A stretch of 64,000 bases of DNA from Botryllus schlosseri (Eukaryota), in assembly GCA_051294905.1 (NCBI GenBank), contig CM119378.1:868001-932000 (forward strand), given 5' to 3'. The notes beneath the pieces are model-generated. The model was not told the origin of the DNA. It made no database searches and saw only the letters and a program-made list of their open reading frames with translations. Of the stretch, positions 1-11,601 are shown piece after piece. The position numbers and the translations under genes are program-made. Position 1 is the stretch's first letter. Each line of letters opens with the position of its first letter.

Positions 1-400
1 TCTCTTTTGATAGCCGGTCCTATCATCTGGAATAATGTACCCATTACAATTCGTGAACGAAGCTTCAACGGTTTTAAAAAATCACTGATAGACTATTTGC
101 TGGACCCTTCTAATCAACCTATTGGTCTGTAATTGATGCACTGTTGTTGTTGCTGTTCGAACATGGCTTTCTTATGTGTATGTTGTTCGTTTATACCGAT
201 CTCTTTTATTTTTGTGTTTTCGAAATTTATCATTGTGTTCGTCTGTCTCGTGAGTTATAATTTGTATGCTCTATAGGGAAGGGATTGACTATATGACTTC
301 TTGGTCGTATCGTCCCTTCCCTGTCCATACCGATTATTTGAATGTTTCAAATTTTCCTGGTGAGACGAATTTAATAAATGATCTATCTATCTATCTATCT
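1..400 (+). mobile_element. 3' end of an L2/CR1-group LINE
   Basis: Frame 1 reads SLLIAGPIIWNNVPITIRERSFNGFKKSLIDYLL...* (stop at 132), a typical LINE ORF2 C-terminus. It is followed by a 3'UTR with a GGGAAGGGA...TCCCTTCCC hairpin, AATAAA and an (ATCT)n tail. Confidence 0.75.
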
Positions 401-619
401 CTGGGTTGTGTGTTCAATCCCCGGCCTTGTCAGACCGGGTAGGCTATCCATGCCATTCTCGCTTGGCGCTCTCAGAATTACCATAATAGTATGTAGAGGC
501 TGTGCAAGACATAGAAAGCCTTTCAATGCTATTTTCCCCTTATTTGTCCAGCGGCACATGCGCATCATGCACTCAATCAATCAGTTCTATAAAATTTTCG
601 TCATTTCAAAACATCACAA

Positions 620-852
620 GACTGCGATACAATGAAAAGATAGGAATGTGTCGAAACAACTTAGAGTAGCCTTTAAGATCAGACACCAACCTTAGCCTAG
701 GCAACGTAAAGAAGAGGCATGCACACTGAATGAAAAGTATTGCAGAGAATATAAAACGCAAGCGACAAAATGAGGTGGCGGCATGTGGCGGAAGGCGAGG
801 TCGATATTAGGTGGTGGTCCGGTAATCCTGAAGGCTGGCTAGTATTCATTTA
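620..852 (-). mobile_element. LINE 3'UTR fragment (same family as 40470-41415)
   Basis: Diverged reverse complement of 41130-41360 and 24210-24450. Confidence 0.7.
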
Positions 853-1066
853 GAGAAGTAGTAGTCATTCACTCATTGTATGCATATACACAGATCGTGT
901 ATATGTACATCACGAGTCGGTATATATGCCGCAAAAACGCCAATGATAAAAATATACAACGTCCTATTCAATATTCTTAGCTCACCAACCCGAGAAAATG
1001 AGAGATGCCAGGAACCAATATTCTTTGAAAGTTCAAATAAATGGATACTTACTGAGGTTCACACAC

Positions 1067-1813
1067 CAGTGTTGGGATCAAGTCACTACCTTCGAGTCAC
1101 GAGTCATCTCGAGTCATTGCACATTTCGACTCGAGTCAAGTCAAGTCAGTCGATTTTCAAAAGTGACTCGAGTCAAGTCAAGTCACTCGTTTTTTGGAGG
1201 TGACTCGAGTCAAGTCGAGTCAAGTCAAGTCAAGTCACGAGTCAAGTCACAATTCAAGTAAAATTGAATTTTCGCAGTATGAGTGATGATTCAAAGTCAT
1301 TGCATTTTGGTAGATGCATGAAAGACATATTGATTGGCCGTATAAATTAAATCAAATAATGAGTATGAAGTTGAATATACATTCAAAAAGCCGTTGTATC
1401 GCTCACGCGCACATTTATCTGCTAATGAAATACGTGAGCCAAAATAAAGGATCGAATACGAAGCGCCGAGAAGTTGAAACAAATTGATATAGTACAATAC
1501 ACTACCCCTTTACACATCCTTGAGAATAAACTAAAGAAAAAAGACAAATAATAAACTGTATTCGTTCGTTCAAACCATACAAGAGGGTTGGTTAGGGTGA
1601 ACATTGCGCGATGTAAGCACTGAGCCGGCTAAGAAACATAGATACGTTGCTATTAGATTATTCTACTGCTAGTACATAAACGTAAGCTGTTTATCATTTC
1701 TATTTTGGTCAGTCTATCTGTGATGTAACAATGCATGATTAGTGAAAGGTACAATCCGTGAATGACCGGTTTCTCTCACAAGTCACACCCGGCGTATCGA
1801 GGACAAGCCGAAC

Positions 1814-1849
<36 letters not shown>

Positions 1850-2925
1850 TATTCGTCAACCATGAAATATAGTAAAGGCAATGTCCACAAACATTCACGT
1901 CCAATAGTATACATTTTTTAAATTTTTTCCTAACTATAATTTGCACGGTATAGACTGGGAGACCCGATATGACCGAAGTCTTCTAGGCCGGAGTCACCCA
2001 AGCATATTGGCAGTATTAATTATAATATGGATCAATTTCTTCTCTCAGTCAAGTAGCACCGCAAAGAGTAACGAAATAAACAAAAGTAAATAAAAGACAG
2101 CAACACTAGTGAAGGACGGTTACCATAGTTAACAGTGTGATCAGAAAATAACAATTTGACCCATGTACACAGTGGTAATATTATTGTAGCATATTAAATG
2201 AATTAAAACAACAAACAACATTACTGTGGTCATGAGATATGTTCTTCTTAGTACTTGGATAATATAAATTTGCAATAGCGAGCTTTAAATGTATGATAAG
2301 GAAGAGTACGGTACAAAGTTGGTACATTGTTCCAAAATTTCACACCTATATAAGATAGGGAATTTCTTGACAGTCTTGATGAATTCAATTTAACAAATAG
2401 GGACTGATTCTGTGAGAATCTTGTGTTATAATGGTGAATTGAATTGGGGCATTGAAAAAAGTTGTCGAAATATTCAGGTTATGTTCTTTCATTATATTGT
2501 TTTATGATTTTTACAATTTCAAATTCATACAAATCCGAGACCTTGAGAATGCCCAATTTTCTAAATTCAGGACTGACCCTGCTACGTGCAGGTATATTAG
2601 ATATAATCCTAATGGCTTTGTTTTGTAATACCTGGAGCTTGTTTATATGCTTCTTGTAAGAGCAGCCCCACACTGTTATTCCATATGTAAGATGGCGGTG
2701 GACGAGCGCATAAATAGGGTACAGAGATTTAATCGACACCGTTTACTTGATGACTTGAAATTGACTCGTAAATTTCGCTCCGAGTCAACAGTCAATTCAC
2801 ATTTCTGAAGCGCCGAGTCAAGTCAAGTCATTTTTACAAAGTGACTCGAGTCAAGTCAAGTCATACGACAAAGTTGACTCGAGTCAGACTCGAGTCAAGT
2901 CATGACTCGAGTCATCCCAACACTG
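1067..2925. mobile_element. Non-autonomous hAT-type element with GACTCGAGTCAAGT subterminal repeats
   Basis: TIR CAGTGTTGGGAT...ATCCCAACACTG; perfect 8-bp TSD TCACACAC (1059-1066 / 2926-2933). Confidence 0.9.
1817..2740 (-). mobile_element. 5'-truncated L2/CR1-group LINE nested in the hAT element
   Basis: ORF 2479-2739 (HLTYGITVWG...LQVLQNKAIRII...LGILKVSDLY) matches the LINE ORF2 C-terminus. AATAAA and a (CT)n tail are on the minus strand (seen as (AG)n at 1817-1842). Confidence 0.8.
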
Positions 2926-3090
2926 TCACACACAGAACGCGAACGTCAACATCACGTTCACACCATCCTTATATATTGTAACCGCCTGACCTATGACCTC
3001 TGCGCGGCAAGACCACTCAGGCATGCAGCAAGGGGAAAAAGGCCTTCTGAGTTGTGTTGTCGAGAGCGTGGCGCGTGCAGGGGCTTGTAC

Positions 3091-3526
3091 CAGAGATGAG
3101 CATGGATTAGGATTAGGTTTTGAAAAAACAAGATTTGTGAAATTTTGTCGGATTTGGATTGGATTTGGATTAGACATTTTTTTCAGAACGGATTAGGATT
3201 TGGATTGGATTGAACTATTTTCTGGGAGATTGAAATGTCGTGTGGCGAATGGCGACAAACTTTATTCAGATCAGTTATTTTACTTATTAATGTACTTATG
3301 GTTACTAAGTTATCTTGAATCAAGTGAATCGTTGGTTGTGAAAGAAAATTTTCGAATCCCTCCATTGCATAAATTAATATTTTTTCTGAATTTCCAGTTG
3401 GAATCGGATTAGGATTGGACATGGACTTGAATATGAAAAAGTTATGGATTAGGATTTGGATTTGGATTTGAAGGTTCGGATTTGGATTGGATTAGGACAT
3501 AGAAATTTCAAATCCGCTCATCTCTG
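3091..3526. mobile_element. hAT-type MITE with GGATT(A/T) repeats, inserted in the 5' LTR
   Basis: TIR CAGAGATGAGC...GCTCATCTCTG; perfect 8-bp TSD GCTTGTAC; the empty site is visible in the 3' LTR; second copy at 25584-26009. Confidence 0.92.
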
Positions 3527-3869
3527 GCTTGTACCCCGTGCGTTTTGGTGAATACATGATATATCCGCTCCAATTGGTGCAGTCTGTGTATCCAGGGAAG
3601 AACCTGAAAGGAATAGTCATCCTCTTCTGCTACAGTGTTAGATGAGCGAGGGAACGGCTACAATGGCGAGCACGCAGTCCAATCCTGGATATGGCAGGCA
3701 TGCGATGATGGAGAACGGAGAATGTCACGAAGGACCTGATGTATTTAATCGAATAGCAAGAGATTTGGTGAACGTTGCAGATAAACACACGAAGGCAAGC
3801 TGGGATCAGAACATTCGAATTGCACAAGGTAGTGATTCTTCTGCATCACGAAGTTGCTGCTCTAAGCCG

Positions 3870-4372
3870 CGACGTTGGCATTGGAGCATTGAAGTTGATT
3901 GCATTGTGGGATTCGTCTTAAGACGTTGGCATTGAAGTTGATCGTATTGTTGGGTTCGTCTTAAGACGTTGGCATTGAAGTTGATGGTATTGTTGTATTC
4001 GTCTTTAGACGTTGGCATTGAACTTGATTGTATTGTGGGGTTCGTCTTAAGACGTTGGCATTGAAGCTGATTGTATTGTGGGGTTCGTCTTTAGACGTTG
4101 GCATTGAAGTTGATTGTATTGTGGGGTTCGTCTTTAGACGTTGGCATTGAAGTTGATTGTATTGTGGGGGTCGTCTTTAGACGTTGGCATTGAAGTATTG
4201 TTGATATTGTGGGGTTCGTCTTTAGACGTTGGCATTGAAGTTGTTGGTATTGTTGGATTCGTCTGAAGAAGTTGGCAGTGATGATTTGATGATATTGTTG
4301 GTTTTATCTTGAGACTTAACATTGAAGTTTTGTTCATATTGTGGGGTTCGTCTTTCGACGTTGACATTGAGT
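3870..4372. repeat. 43-bp minisatellite, about 11-12 units
   Basis: Consensus GACGTTGGCATTGAAGTTGATTGTATTGTGGGGTTCGTCTTTA in head-to-tail copies, degenerating at the right end, with no unique spacers. Confidence 0.9.
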
Positions 4373-5240
4373 TTTTGAAAACATTGTTGTGGTGGTCTCA
4401 TGATCATTATGGGTGTGTGTAACATATCTCTTGTACATGTTCTTTTGTTTTTTTTACATGTGTTTTCCTTGCTGCGTCTTGATGTCTTGTCGCTTGTGAG
4501 TGATCCTGTGTCACCTCTGGATCACTCAAACTATGGAGGGGGATGTGTAACCGCCTGACCTATGACCTCTGCGCGGCAAGACCACTCAGGCATGCAGCAA
4601 GGGGAAAAGGCCTTCTGAGTTGTGTTGTTGAGAGCGTGGCGCGTGCAGGGGCTTGTACCCCGTGCGTTTTGGTGAATACATGATATATCCGCTCCAATTG
4701 GTGCAGTCTGTGTATCCAGGGAAGAACCTGAAAGGAATAGTCATCCTCTTCTGCTACAGTGTTAGATGAGCGAGGGAACGGCTACAATATTATATCCCCT
4801 GAGCAGTAATAGGTCAGCAGTGATGTACTCGCCTCTGCAAATATCTACATTTATGAAAACTCTGAACTTTGTATGCACTACTTCACGCTGTCGGCGTCGA
4901 TGTCACAGATTTATTACTAATGGTGACCAGAGTGATAACGCAGCATTGCCGCCGGATAGTCGGGATGTGCTATATGGATTGGATATGTTAGCCATAACTG
5001 TTTTGAGTGATTATTGAGGTCGATATTTCTAGCATTTTCAAAGATTTCAGTAGCATTGCTACGCTGACCGGATGATCCTGCTTGATGTGCCGGATGCAGC
5101 CGCGGGCTGTATGTTTTACACCCCTGTACTACAAAATCTCTATGCTGCCCTCTATCAGGCGCGGTTTGTGTTCTGTCTTGCTGTCCTAGATACTGTCTGA
5201 TTCTGATACTGTCAGCTCAATACCCAGAAATCACACGAAC

Positions 5241-6587
5241 CCGATCTCCGTGGCGACCAACGTGTCTACTTCCTCGAAAAGACATTTCTTTCGCGACTGC
5301 AGATCCGAGATGATCCGTTCCATCGACTGTGGAGAAATTATCGATGAAATTGGAAAACGGGGAGGATATCCGTGAAATCATGGGCGACCGACCTGCGCTA
5401 TTTCACGTTTTAATTTCCTGCCATTTCCTTCCAACTTCTTCGCTCTCTCTCGTAAATCAGAATCCGATTCTGCCAATTTGGAACCGAGTCGCTTGACCTG
5501 AAATTGGCGTAGACAAATGCAGGGTCGGCAAAGAGGTCAAAACATTGGGTCCCACCTGATTAAGATATTGACGCAAATCTTGCTGCAAACCGCGCGTATG
5601 ACTCGCAATGCAACTTCTGCACAGGAACTCGTCACAGTGATTGCACTTGTCGACGTCACCATCTCCTATTTCACATTCCTGATTTAAAAGACACAATCTA
5701 ATCACTAGGGCAATTTATTTTTACATGTCAAAAAAATTAAAAATTAGGTCAAAATTGTAGCGTTAGGTCAAAAAATGTCAAAATTGCAAACAAAGTTAAC
5801 ATTATTTTACAAACTGCATTTCGTTCGTATCGTAGATTTTGCACTGTCGGGGAACTTATCATTTGACCTTTTACAGCTTGTAGCCTACTTTATAGGCCTA
5901 TACCGTTGTAGACGGCCCATTGTCTGGTCATCGTGAGTCATAAACATTCAAATGAAACAAATAGGTTGACATGGTGTTATGCTCAACGTACAGCAAAATC
6001 CTAACTGAAGCAAGACTGCGTGGGCATTGCATTGTTCTCATATCAAGAAGCGCATTGTGAAAAATTGTGATGTAGACACCATTGTCAAAAATGAAGATAA
6101 GTAGTACAAATCTAACATTATGAGAAAAAAACTAATTTGCATACGTTAGGTCAGAATTTGGTCACAATTAAGTTTTTTACGGTCAAAAAATGTCAACATT
6201 TTAATTTTTTAGGTCAAAATCTTCCGTTTTAGGTAAAAAAATTGCCCTACTGATCATCATACCGCCACTCATGAGAAAACATATTCAATGTTTATTCCTA
6301 CCTGGCATCGTCGATGCGGTCTTTGTTGATTCGGAAGATTGAGGAATCCCACGATCGTCGTATTTGTTTTCAGCCCTCTGACGCCATTACACGGGAGACG
6401 GTGACGAGCATGACATTCGGGACAGCGAATACTGAATAAAAGGTTATCTCTCAGATGGTGTCCGACGCAGTACGTTTGAGCACCAGGACGAATTCATATC
6501 CAAAGTTTTAGCCTAAATTCGACGGCTCTTTTGATCCAAAATCTTCTCGGAGGCGCACTTTTCGGGCGATCTACAGCCTTGTGCCAT
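5241..6587 (-). pseudogene. TRIM (nhl-1-like) RING/B-box/coiled-coil exons with a damaged RING
   Basis: GT-AG exons: ~6587-6302 (...IRCPECHARHRLPCNGVRGLKTNTTIVGFLNLP...RCQ), 5678-5556 (ECEIGDGDVDKCNHCDEFLCRSCIASH...), 5497-5393 and 5326-5241 (coiled coil). The first half of the RING is missing, and the ATG at 6587 hits a stop and is out of frame. Confidence 0.7.
5706..6249. mobile_element. hAT-type MITE with AGGTCAAAA repeats in a TRIM intron
   Basis: TIR TAGGGCAATTT...AAATTGCCCTA; degenerate 8-bp TSD CTAATCAC / CTGATCAT. Confidence 0.7.
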
Positions 6588-6881
6588 TGTTCGAAGACGT
6601 AGAATTTCCTTCGGTATTAACGTACCCAATCATCAATAATCGTCCGGCTGTCGATGGTTAATAAGAAGCATTTCCACTATAGGAATCTTTTCATTACCCA
6701 GATATACGTTTCTTGTTTTGTTAATGATATTCAGTTTGGCTAGTGCCCCTTATTCGACTAGGGCATGGGCTCCCAAACTTTTTATGGTCGCTCACCACCC
6801 CAACTATTCATTATAAAAATTTGGGCTCAGAGTCTGTGTAGCTAGTGATGCGGCCACGCATAAAAAGAAGAGACACCTGTT

Positions 6882-8609
6882 ATGTTCGACGATATTCTGC
6901 AGTCTGTAGTCATTTTGAATAAGTGTGACTACATTTCTAAAATGGATTTAATTCTCGGCGACAAGTCTAAATTCGAAATCCTTGGCCCTGCGTGCGACAA
7001 TGACAACACCTCCAAGATAGAAGCTCGTATTCAGCGTCTACTATTGACCCTCAAGAAGGCGGGAAAAATCTCTTCTGCTGAATACGACGACATCAGACCC
7101 ACTGGCTCCATTCGACCACGTATGTATGGTCTTCCGAAGACCCATAAATCGAATGTACCCTTACGTCCGATACTATCGATGGTTGGATCAGCGTATCACA
7201 AAGTCGCGAAGTGGATTGCGAGATATCTTGAGCCGGTGAGTTTGTTCTATGGTGGTAACTGCATTCGTGACTCGTTCACATTTGCTGATACCATTCGTAA
7301 TGTTGATCTCGATGAGTCCGAAATCTCTATGTGTTCGTTTGATATATCTAGTTTATTCACGAACGTGCCAGTTCAAGAGACTATAGAGATTTGTGCCAAT
7401 GAACTCTATGGTGGTGTCCTTCCATCTCCTCCATTCTCAAGGTCTTCTTTTGTTAAATTAATGCGATTGATCACTTGTGATGTCGAATTTAGTTTCAATA
7501 ACACCATATATACACAGATCGATGGTGTTGCAATGGGATCGCCGCTTGGTCCCATTCTGGCTAACATTTTTGTGGGGTATTACGAAAAACGGTTATTCGA
7601 AGATATTGATCGACCATTAATGTATCAAAGATATGTTGATGACACCTTCGCCATATTTGAAAATGAATCCCAGTGTGATTTGTTTCTGAGCAAATTGAAT
7701 GGTCTTCACCCATCACTGAAATTCACAATGGAAAAAGAGGTCAATAATTCATTAGCATTCCTTGATGTTGTAGTGGAAAAGACGGGTGCTAATTTTGTTA
7801 CATCAGTTTACCGTAAGCCTACATTCAGTGGGCAATACATTTCGTGGGATTCTTTCTGTCCAGTAAAACGTAAAGTAAATTTGATAAGAACTCTGGTACA
7901 CAGGGCTCTGATGATTTGTAGTAAAGTCAAACTTGATTCTGAATTGGAGAACATTCGGTCAATCTTTCAGTCAAATGGTTATCCTGATCATATCATTAAA
8001 ATGACCATAGATCGTAAACTCAAAGATTTCAGAAAAGTTAAACCGTTTGGACCTAGAAAATGTCCTGTTTATTTGCATCTTCCTTGGATTGGGAAAGTGT
8101 CCAACAGGTTTGAAAAACAAATTAAATCGTCAGTGAGCCATTGTTTTTCACAAGTAGAACCTCAGATAATCTTCATGACGAAATCTCTGATGCCTGCAAC
8201 GCAAAAGGATGTGCTACCTGCGACAAATCAAAGCAACATAATATATGAATACACGTGCCGATGTGACAGTCGGTATGTAGGTCGCACGTCTCAGCGCTTG
8301 CAGCAAAGAATTCGCCAGCATGTCCCACGGCAAATTAGAATAAATAATGTTTCTCCAACTCCTTCATCGCAGTCTGTTGACACACTGCGTGATTATGATC
8401 AAGTTACTGCTTGTAATTCGGCTATTGGACAGCATCTCTTATCCCATCCAGAATGTGCTGATCATTACAATGACAGTCAATTTTCTATACTTGCTCGTGG
8501 CCGTTCTCTGTTTCATTTAAAGGTCCTGGAATCTACGATCATAAAGCTACGAAAGCCGATTCTCTGTCGCCAGAAGGAACGCCTCTACACTCTTGGAATA
8601 TTTCATTAA
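6882..8609 (+). CDS. 5'-truncated Penelope RT + GIY-YIG ORF, fused to a flanking ATG
   Basis: From VVILNKCDY onward it is identical to the 850-aa ORF; the first 8 codons come from flanking DNA. Confidence 0.75.
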   Translation: MFDDILQSVVILNKCDYISKMDLILGDKSKFEILGPACDNDNTSKIEARIQRLLLTLKKAGKISSAEYDDIRPTGSIRPRMYGLPKTHKSNVPLRPILSMVGSAYHKVAKWIARYLEPVSLFYGGNCIRDSFTFADTIRNVDLDESEISMCSFDISSLFTNVPVQETIEICANELYGGVLPSPPFSRSSFVKLMRLITCDVEFSFNNTIYTQIDGVAMGSPLGPILANIFVGYYEKRLFEDIDRPLMYQRYVDDTFAIFENESQCDLFLSKLNGLHPSLKFTMEKEVNNSLAFLDVVVEKTGANFVTSVYRKPTFSGQYISWDSFCPVKRKVNLIRTLVHRALMICSKVKLDSELENIRSIFQSNGYPDHIIKMTIDRKLKDFRKVKPFGPRKCPVYLHLPWIGKVSNRFEKQIKSSVSHCFSQVEPQIIFMTKSLMPATQKDVLPATNQSNIIYEYTCRCDSRYVGRTSQRLQQRIRQHVPRQIRINNVSPTPSSQSVDTLRDYDQVTACNSAIGQHLLSHPECADHYNDSQFSILARGRSLFHLKVLESTIIKLRKPILCRQKERLYTLGIFH

Positions 8610-8781
8610 TGTTATGTGTTGTGTTTTCGGTTATTTATAACCGAATATGTACTCGTTAACGTTTGTTTTGTACCGTTACTACCGTATCTAGCCCGTCTAC
8701 TAGTTGTTTGTTTTTGTTATTATTACGTCATACAGACAAAATAGTTCTTACATTTCGAATTTGATTCACCCCATCACTAAC

Positions 8782-8823
8782 GTTCGCTACTGATGAGAGT
8801 TAGTCGAAAAGCTTTTAGCGAAT
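8782..8823 (+). ncRNA. Minimal type I hammerhead ribozyme
   Basis: GTTCGCTA-CTGATGA-GAGTTAGTC-GAA-AAGCTT-T-TAGCGAAT: stem I, conserved core, short stem II, palindromic stem III. Confidence 0.8.
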
Positions 8824-8834
8824 AAATTAACAAT

Positions 8835-11387
8835 ATGAAGTTATTGTTTCGCGTTATTCTGAAGTTCTGTACCACAAATCACTTGTTCAAATACTTTCGC
8901 AAAAGGTACAGTGACCAACAATTGGAGATCCTTAATAAGTTGGTCAGAACTCGGGGGAAAATTCGAAATCTACGGTATCATGTAGCCTTTCTTAAGGCTT
9001 GTATAAAGAAAAGAGTTGTACCAAAGTTTCTGAAGACGAGGATAGAGAAATCGCGTGCTCGCATCAACTCCAGGATTGAGAGTGCATTTTTACATGATGA
9101 GATCGAGAACAGCGTAAAAGAGATGAGTACCGTAACTCAGCGTTGTGCCAAGCTTAAGCAGCAGGCAGTGCAGTTTCTATCTTATTTTGACCTGATACGG
9201 TTTTGTCGTTATATGGCCAAAATTGATGCACGTAAAGAGGATGAGAAGGTACGGCAGAATGAGCGTAACATCAGCTTGCTTCTCAAGACACGATACGGTA
9301 CCAAGGCAGTTGCTGGTAGTAAGGTTATTACCAACTTATCGGACTATGAGCTGAGTGACACAGAAGAGTTGGTACTATCTCTTGGTCTGGATTTTTCTGT
9401 GCCACCGACAGAAATCAAGCGTGAGGAAGTCTTTGCTGAATTTGAGGTATTACTTGGACAATTGTCACATCATCACCAGAAATTTGATGATGAAAGCAGA
9501 GCAAAGGAACACAGTGAGAAAATTGTGGCCCTTAAAGCCAAACTAAGTAGCTTAGCGCATGGTTTTTGTGGAACTCCAATCGACAGAAGTGATTTCACGA
9601 TGACTTCCGATTGCTACAGGAGCATCAGATCCCTGAAATCCAATAAGTCAATTCACATAACCAAACCTGATAAAGGATCTGGTGTAGTCATTTTGAATAA
9701 GTGTGACTACATTTCTAAAATGGATTTAATTCTCGGCGACAAGTCTAAATTCGAAATCCTTGGCCCTGCGTGCGACAATGACAACACCTCCAAGATAGAA
9801 GCTCGTATTCAGCGTCTACTATTGACCCTCAAGAAGGCGGGAAAAATCTCTTCTGCTGAATACGACGACATCAGACCCACTGGCTCCATTCGACCACGTA
9901 TGTATGGTCTTCCGAAGACCCATAAATCGAATGTACCCTTACGTCCGATACTATCGATGGTTGGATCAGCGTATCACAAAGTCGCGAAGTGGATTGCGAG
10001 ATATCTTGAGCCGGTGAGTTTGTTCTATGGTGGTAACTGCATTCGTGACTCGTTCACATTTGCTGATACCATTCGTAATGTTGATCTCGATGAGTCCGAA
10101 ATCTCTATGTGTTCGTTTGATATATCTAGTTTATTCACGAACGTGCCAGTTCAAGAGACTATAGAGATTTGTGCCAATGAACTCTATGGTGGTGTCCTTC
10201 CATCTCCTCCATTCTCAAGGTCTTCTTTTGTTAAATTAATGCGATTGATCACTTGTGATGTCGAATTTAGTTTCAATAACACCATATATACACAGATCGA
10301 TGGTGTTGCAATGGGATCGCCGCTTGGTCCCATTCTGGCTAACATTTTTGTGGGGTATTACGAAAAACGGTTATTCGAAGATATTGATCGACCATTAATG
10401 TATCAAAGATATGTTGATGACACCTTCGCCATATTTGAAAATGAATCCCAGTGTGATTTGTTTCTGAGCAAATTGAATGGTCTTCACCCATCACTGAAAT
10501 TCACAATGGAAAAAGAGGTCAATAATTCATTAGCATTCCTTGATGTTGTAGTGGAAAAGACGGGTGCTAATTTTGTTACATCAGTTTACCGTAAGCCTAC
10601 ATTCAGTGGGCAATACATTTCGTGGGATTCTTTCTGTCCAGTAAAACGTAAAGTAAATTTGATAAGAACTCTGGTACACAGGGCTCTGATGATTTGTAGT
10701 AAAGTCAAACTTGATTCTGAATTGGAGAACATTCGGTCAATCTTTCAGTCAAATGGTTATCCTGATCATATCATTAAAATGACCATAGATCGTAAACTCA
10801 AAGATTTCAGAAAAGTTAAACCGTTTGGACCTAGAAAATGTCCTGTTTATTTGCATCTTCCTTGGATTGGGAAAGTGTCCAACAGGTTTGAAAAACAAAT
10901 TAAATCGTCAGTGAGCCATTGTTTTTCACAAGTAGAACCTCAGATAATCTTCATGACGAAATCTCTGATGCCTGCAACGCAAAAGGATGTGCTACCTGCG
11001 ACAAATCAAAGCAACATAATATATGAATACACGTGCCGATGTGACAGTCGGTATGTAGGTCGCACGTCTCAGCGCTTGCAGCAAAGAATTCGCCAGCATG
11101 TCCCACGGCAAATTAGAATAAATAATGTTTCTCCAACTCCTTCATCGCAGTCTGTTGACACACTGCGTGATTATGATCAAGTTACTGCTTGTAATTCGGC
11201 TATTGGACAGCATCTCTTATCCCATCCAGAATGTGCTGATCATTACAATGACAGTCAATTTTCTATACTTGCTCGTGGCCGTTCTCTGTTTCATTTAAAG
11301 GTCCTGGAATCTACGATCATAAAGCTACGAAAGCCGATTCTCTGTCGCCAGAAGGAACGCCTCTACACTCTTGGAATATTTCATTAA
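8835..11387 (+). CDS. Penelope-like reverse transcriptase + GIY-YIG endonuclease, 850 aa (Penelope/Poseidon type)
   Basis: KPDKG, YGLPKTHK..PLRPI, SFDISSLFT, GVAMGSPLGP, RYVDD, FLD, VYRKPT; C-terminal IIYEYTCRCDSRYVGRT..L..RI.QH...H...E. ORF intact; no Cys-rich linker between RT and EN. Confidence 0.96.
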   Translation: MKLLFRVILKFCTTNHLFKYFRKRYSDQQLEILNKLVRTRGKIRNLRYHVAFLKACIKKRVVPKFLKTRIEKSRARINSRIESAFLHDEIENSVKEMSTVTQRCAKLKQQAVQFLSYFDLIRFCRYMAKIDARKEDEKVRQNERNISLLLKTRYGTKAVAGSKVITNLSDYELSDTEELVLSLGLDFSVPPTEIKREEVFAEFEVLLGQLSHHHQKFDDESRAKEHSEKIVALKAKLSSLAHGFCGTPIDRSDFTMTSDCYRSIRSLKSNKSIHITKPDKGSGVVILNKCDYISKMDLILGDKSKFEILGPACDNDNTSKIEARIQRLLLTLKKAGKISSAEYDDIRPTGSIRPRMYGLPKTHKSNVPLRPILSMVGSAYHKVAKWIARYLEPVSLFYGGNCIRDSFTFADTIRNVDLDESEISMCSFDISSLFTNVPVQETIEICANELYGGVLPSPPFSRSSFVKLMRLITCDVEFSFNNTIYTQIDGVAMGSPLGPILANIFVGYYEKRLFEDIDRPLMYQRYVDDTFAIFENESQCDLFLSKLNGLHPSLKFTMEKEVNNSLAFLDVVVEKTGANFVTSVYRKPTFSGQYISWDSFCPVKRKVNLIRTLVHRALMICSKVKLDSELENIRSIFQSNGYPDHIIKMTIDRKLKDFRKVKPFGPRKCPVYLHLPWIGKVSNRFEKQIKSSVSHCFSQVEPQIIFMTKSLMPATQKDVLPATNQSNIIYEYTCRCDSRYVGRTSQRLQQRIRQHVPRQIRINNVSPTPSSQSVDTLRDYDQVTACNSAIGQHLLSHPECADHYNDSQFSILARGRSLFHLKVLESTIIKLRKPILCRQKERLYTLGIFH

Positions 11388-11559
11388 TGTTATGTGTTGT
11401 GTTTTCGGTTATTTATAACCGAATATGTACTCGTTAACGTTTGTTTTGTACCGTTACTACCGTATCTAGCCCGTCTACTAGTTGTTTGTTTTTGTTATTA
11501 TTACGTCATACAGACAAAATAGTTCTTACATTTCGAATTTGATTCACCCCATCACTAAC

Positions 11560-11601
11560 GTTCGCTACTGATGAGAGTTAGTCGAAAAGCTTTTAGCGAA
11601 T
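11560..11601 (+). ncRNA. Minimal type I hammerhead ribozyme (second copy)
   Basis: Identical to 8782-8823, offset 2778 bp. Confidence 0.8.

Larger units (their letters stand above)
2977..4786 (+). mobile_element. Non-autonomous LTR retroelement (TRIM-like, probably Gypsy-dependent)
   Basis: Near-identical ~241-bp LTRs TGTAAC...GCTACA at 2977-3662 (interrupted by a MITE) and 4546-4786; 4-bp TSD ATAT; PBS-like TGGCGAGC at 3664; PPT GGAGGGGGA before the 3' LTR; no pol. Confidence 0.9.

Noticed and set aside
400..480. Second SINE head (GTTCAATCCC B-box-like)
   Set aside because: No A box visible and no second copy in the window.
3870..4372. CRISPR-like array near a reverse transcriptase
   Set aside because: Units are contiguous with no unique spacers and there are no cas genes. 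The array lies inside an LTR element unrelated to the Penelope RT, in eukaryotic DNA.
880..4425. Short ORFs with SSQV, NPNP and TSKD repeats
   Set aside because: Translations of MITE subterminal repeats and of the minisatellite.
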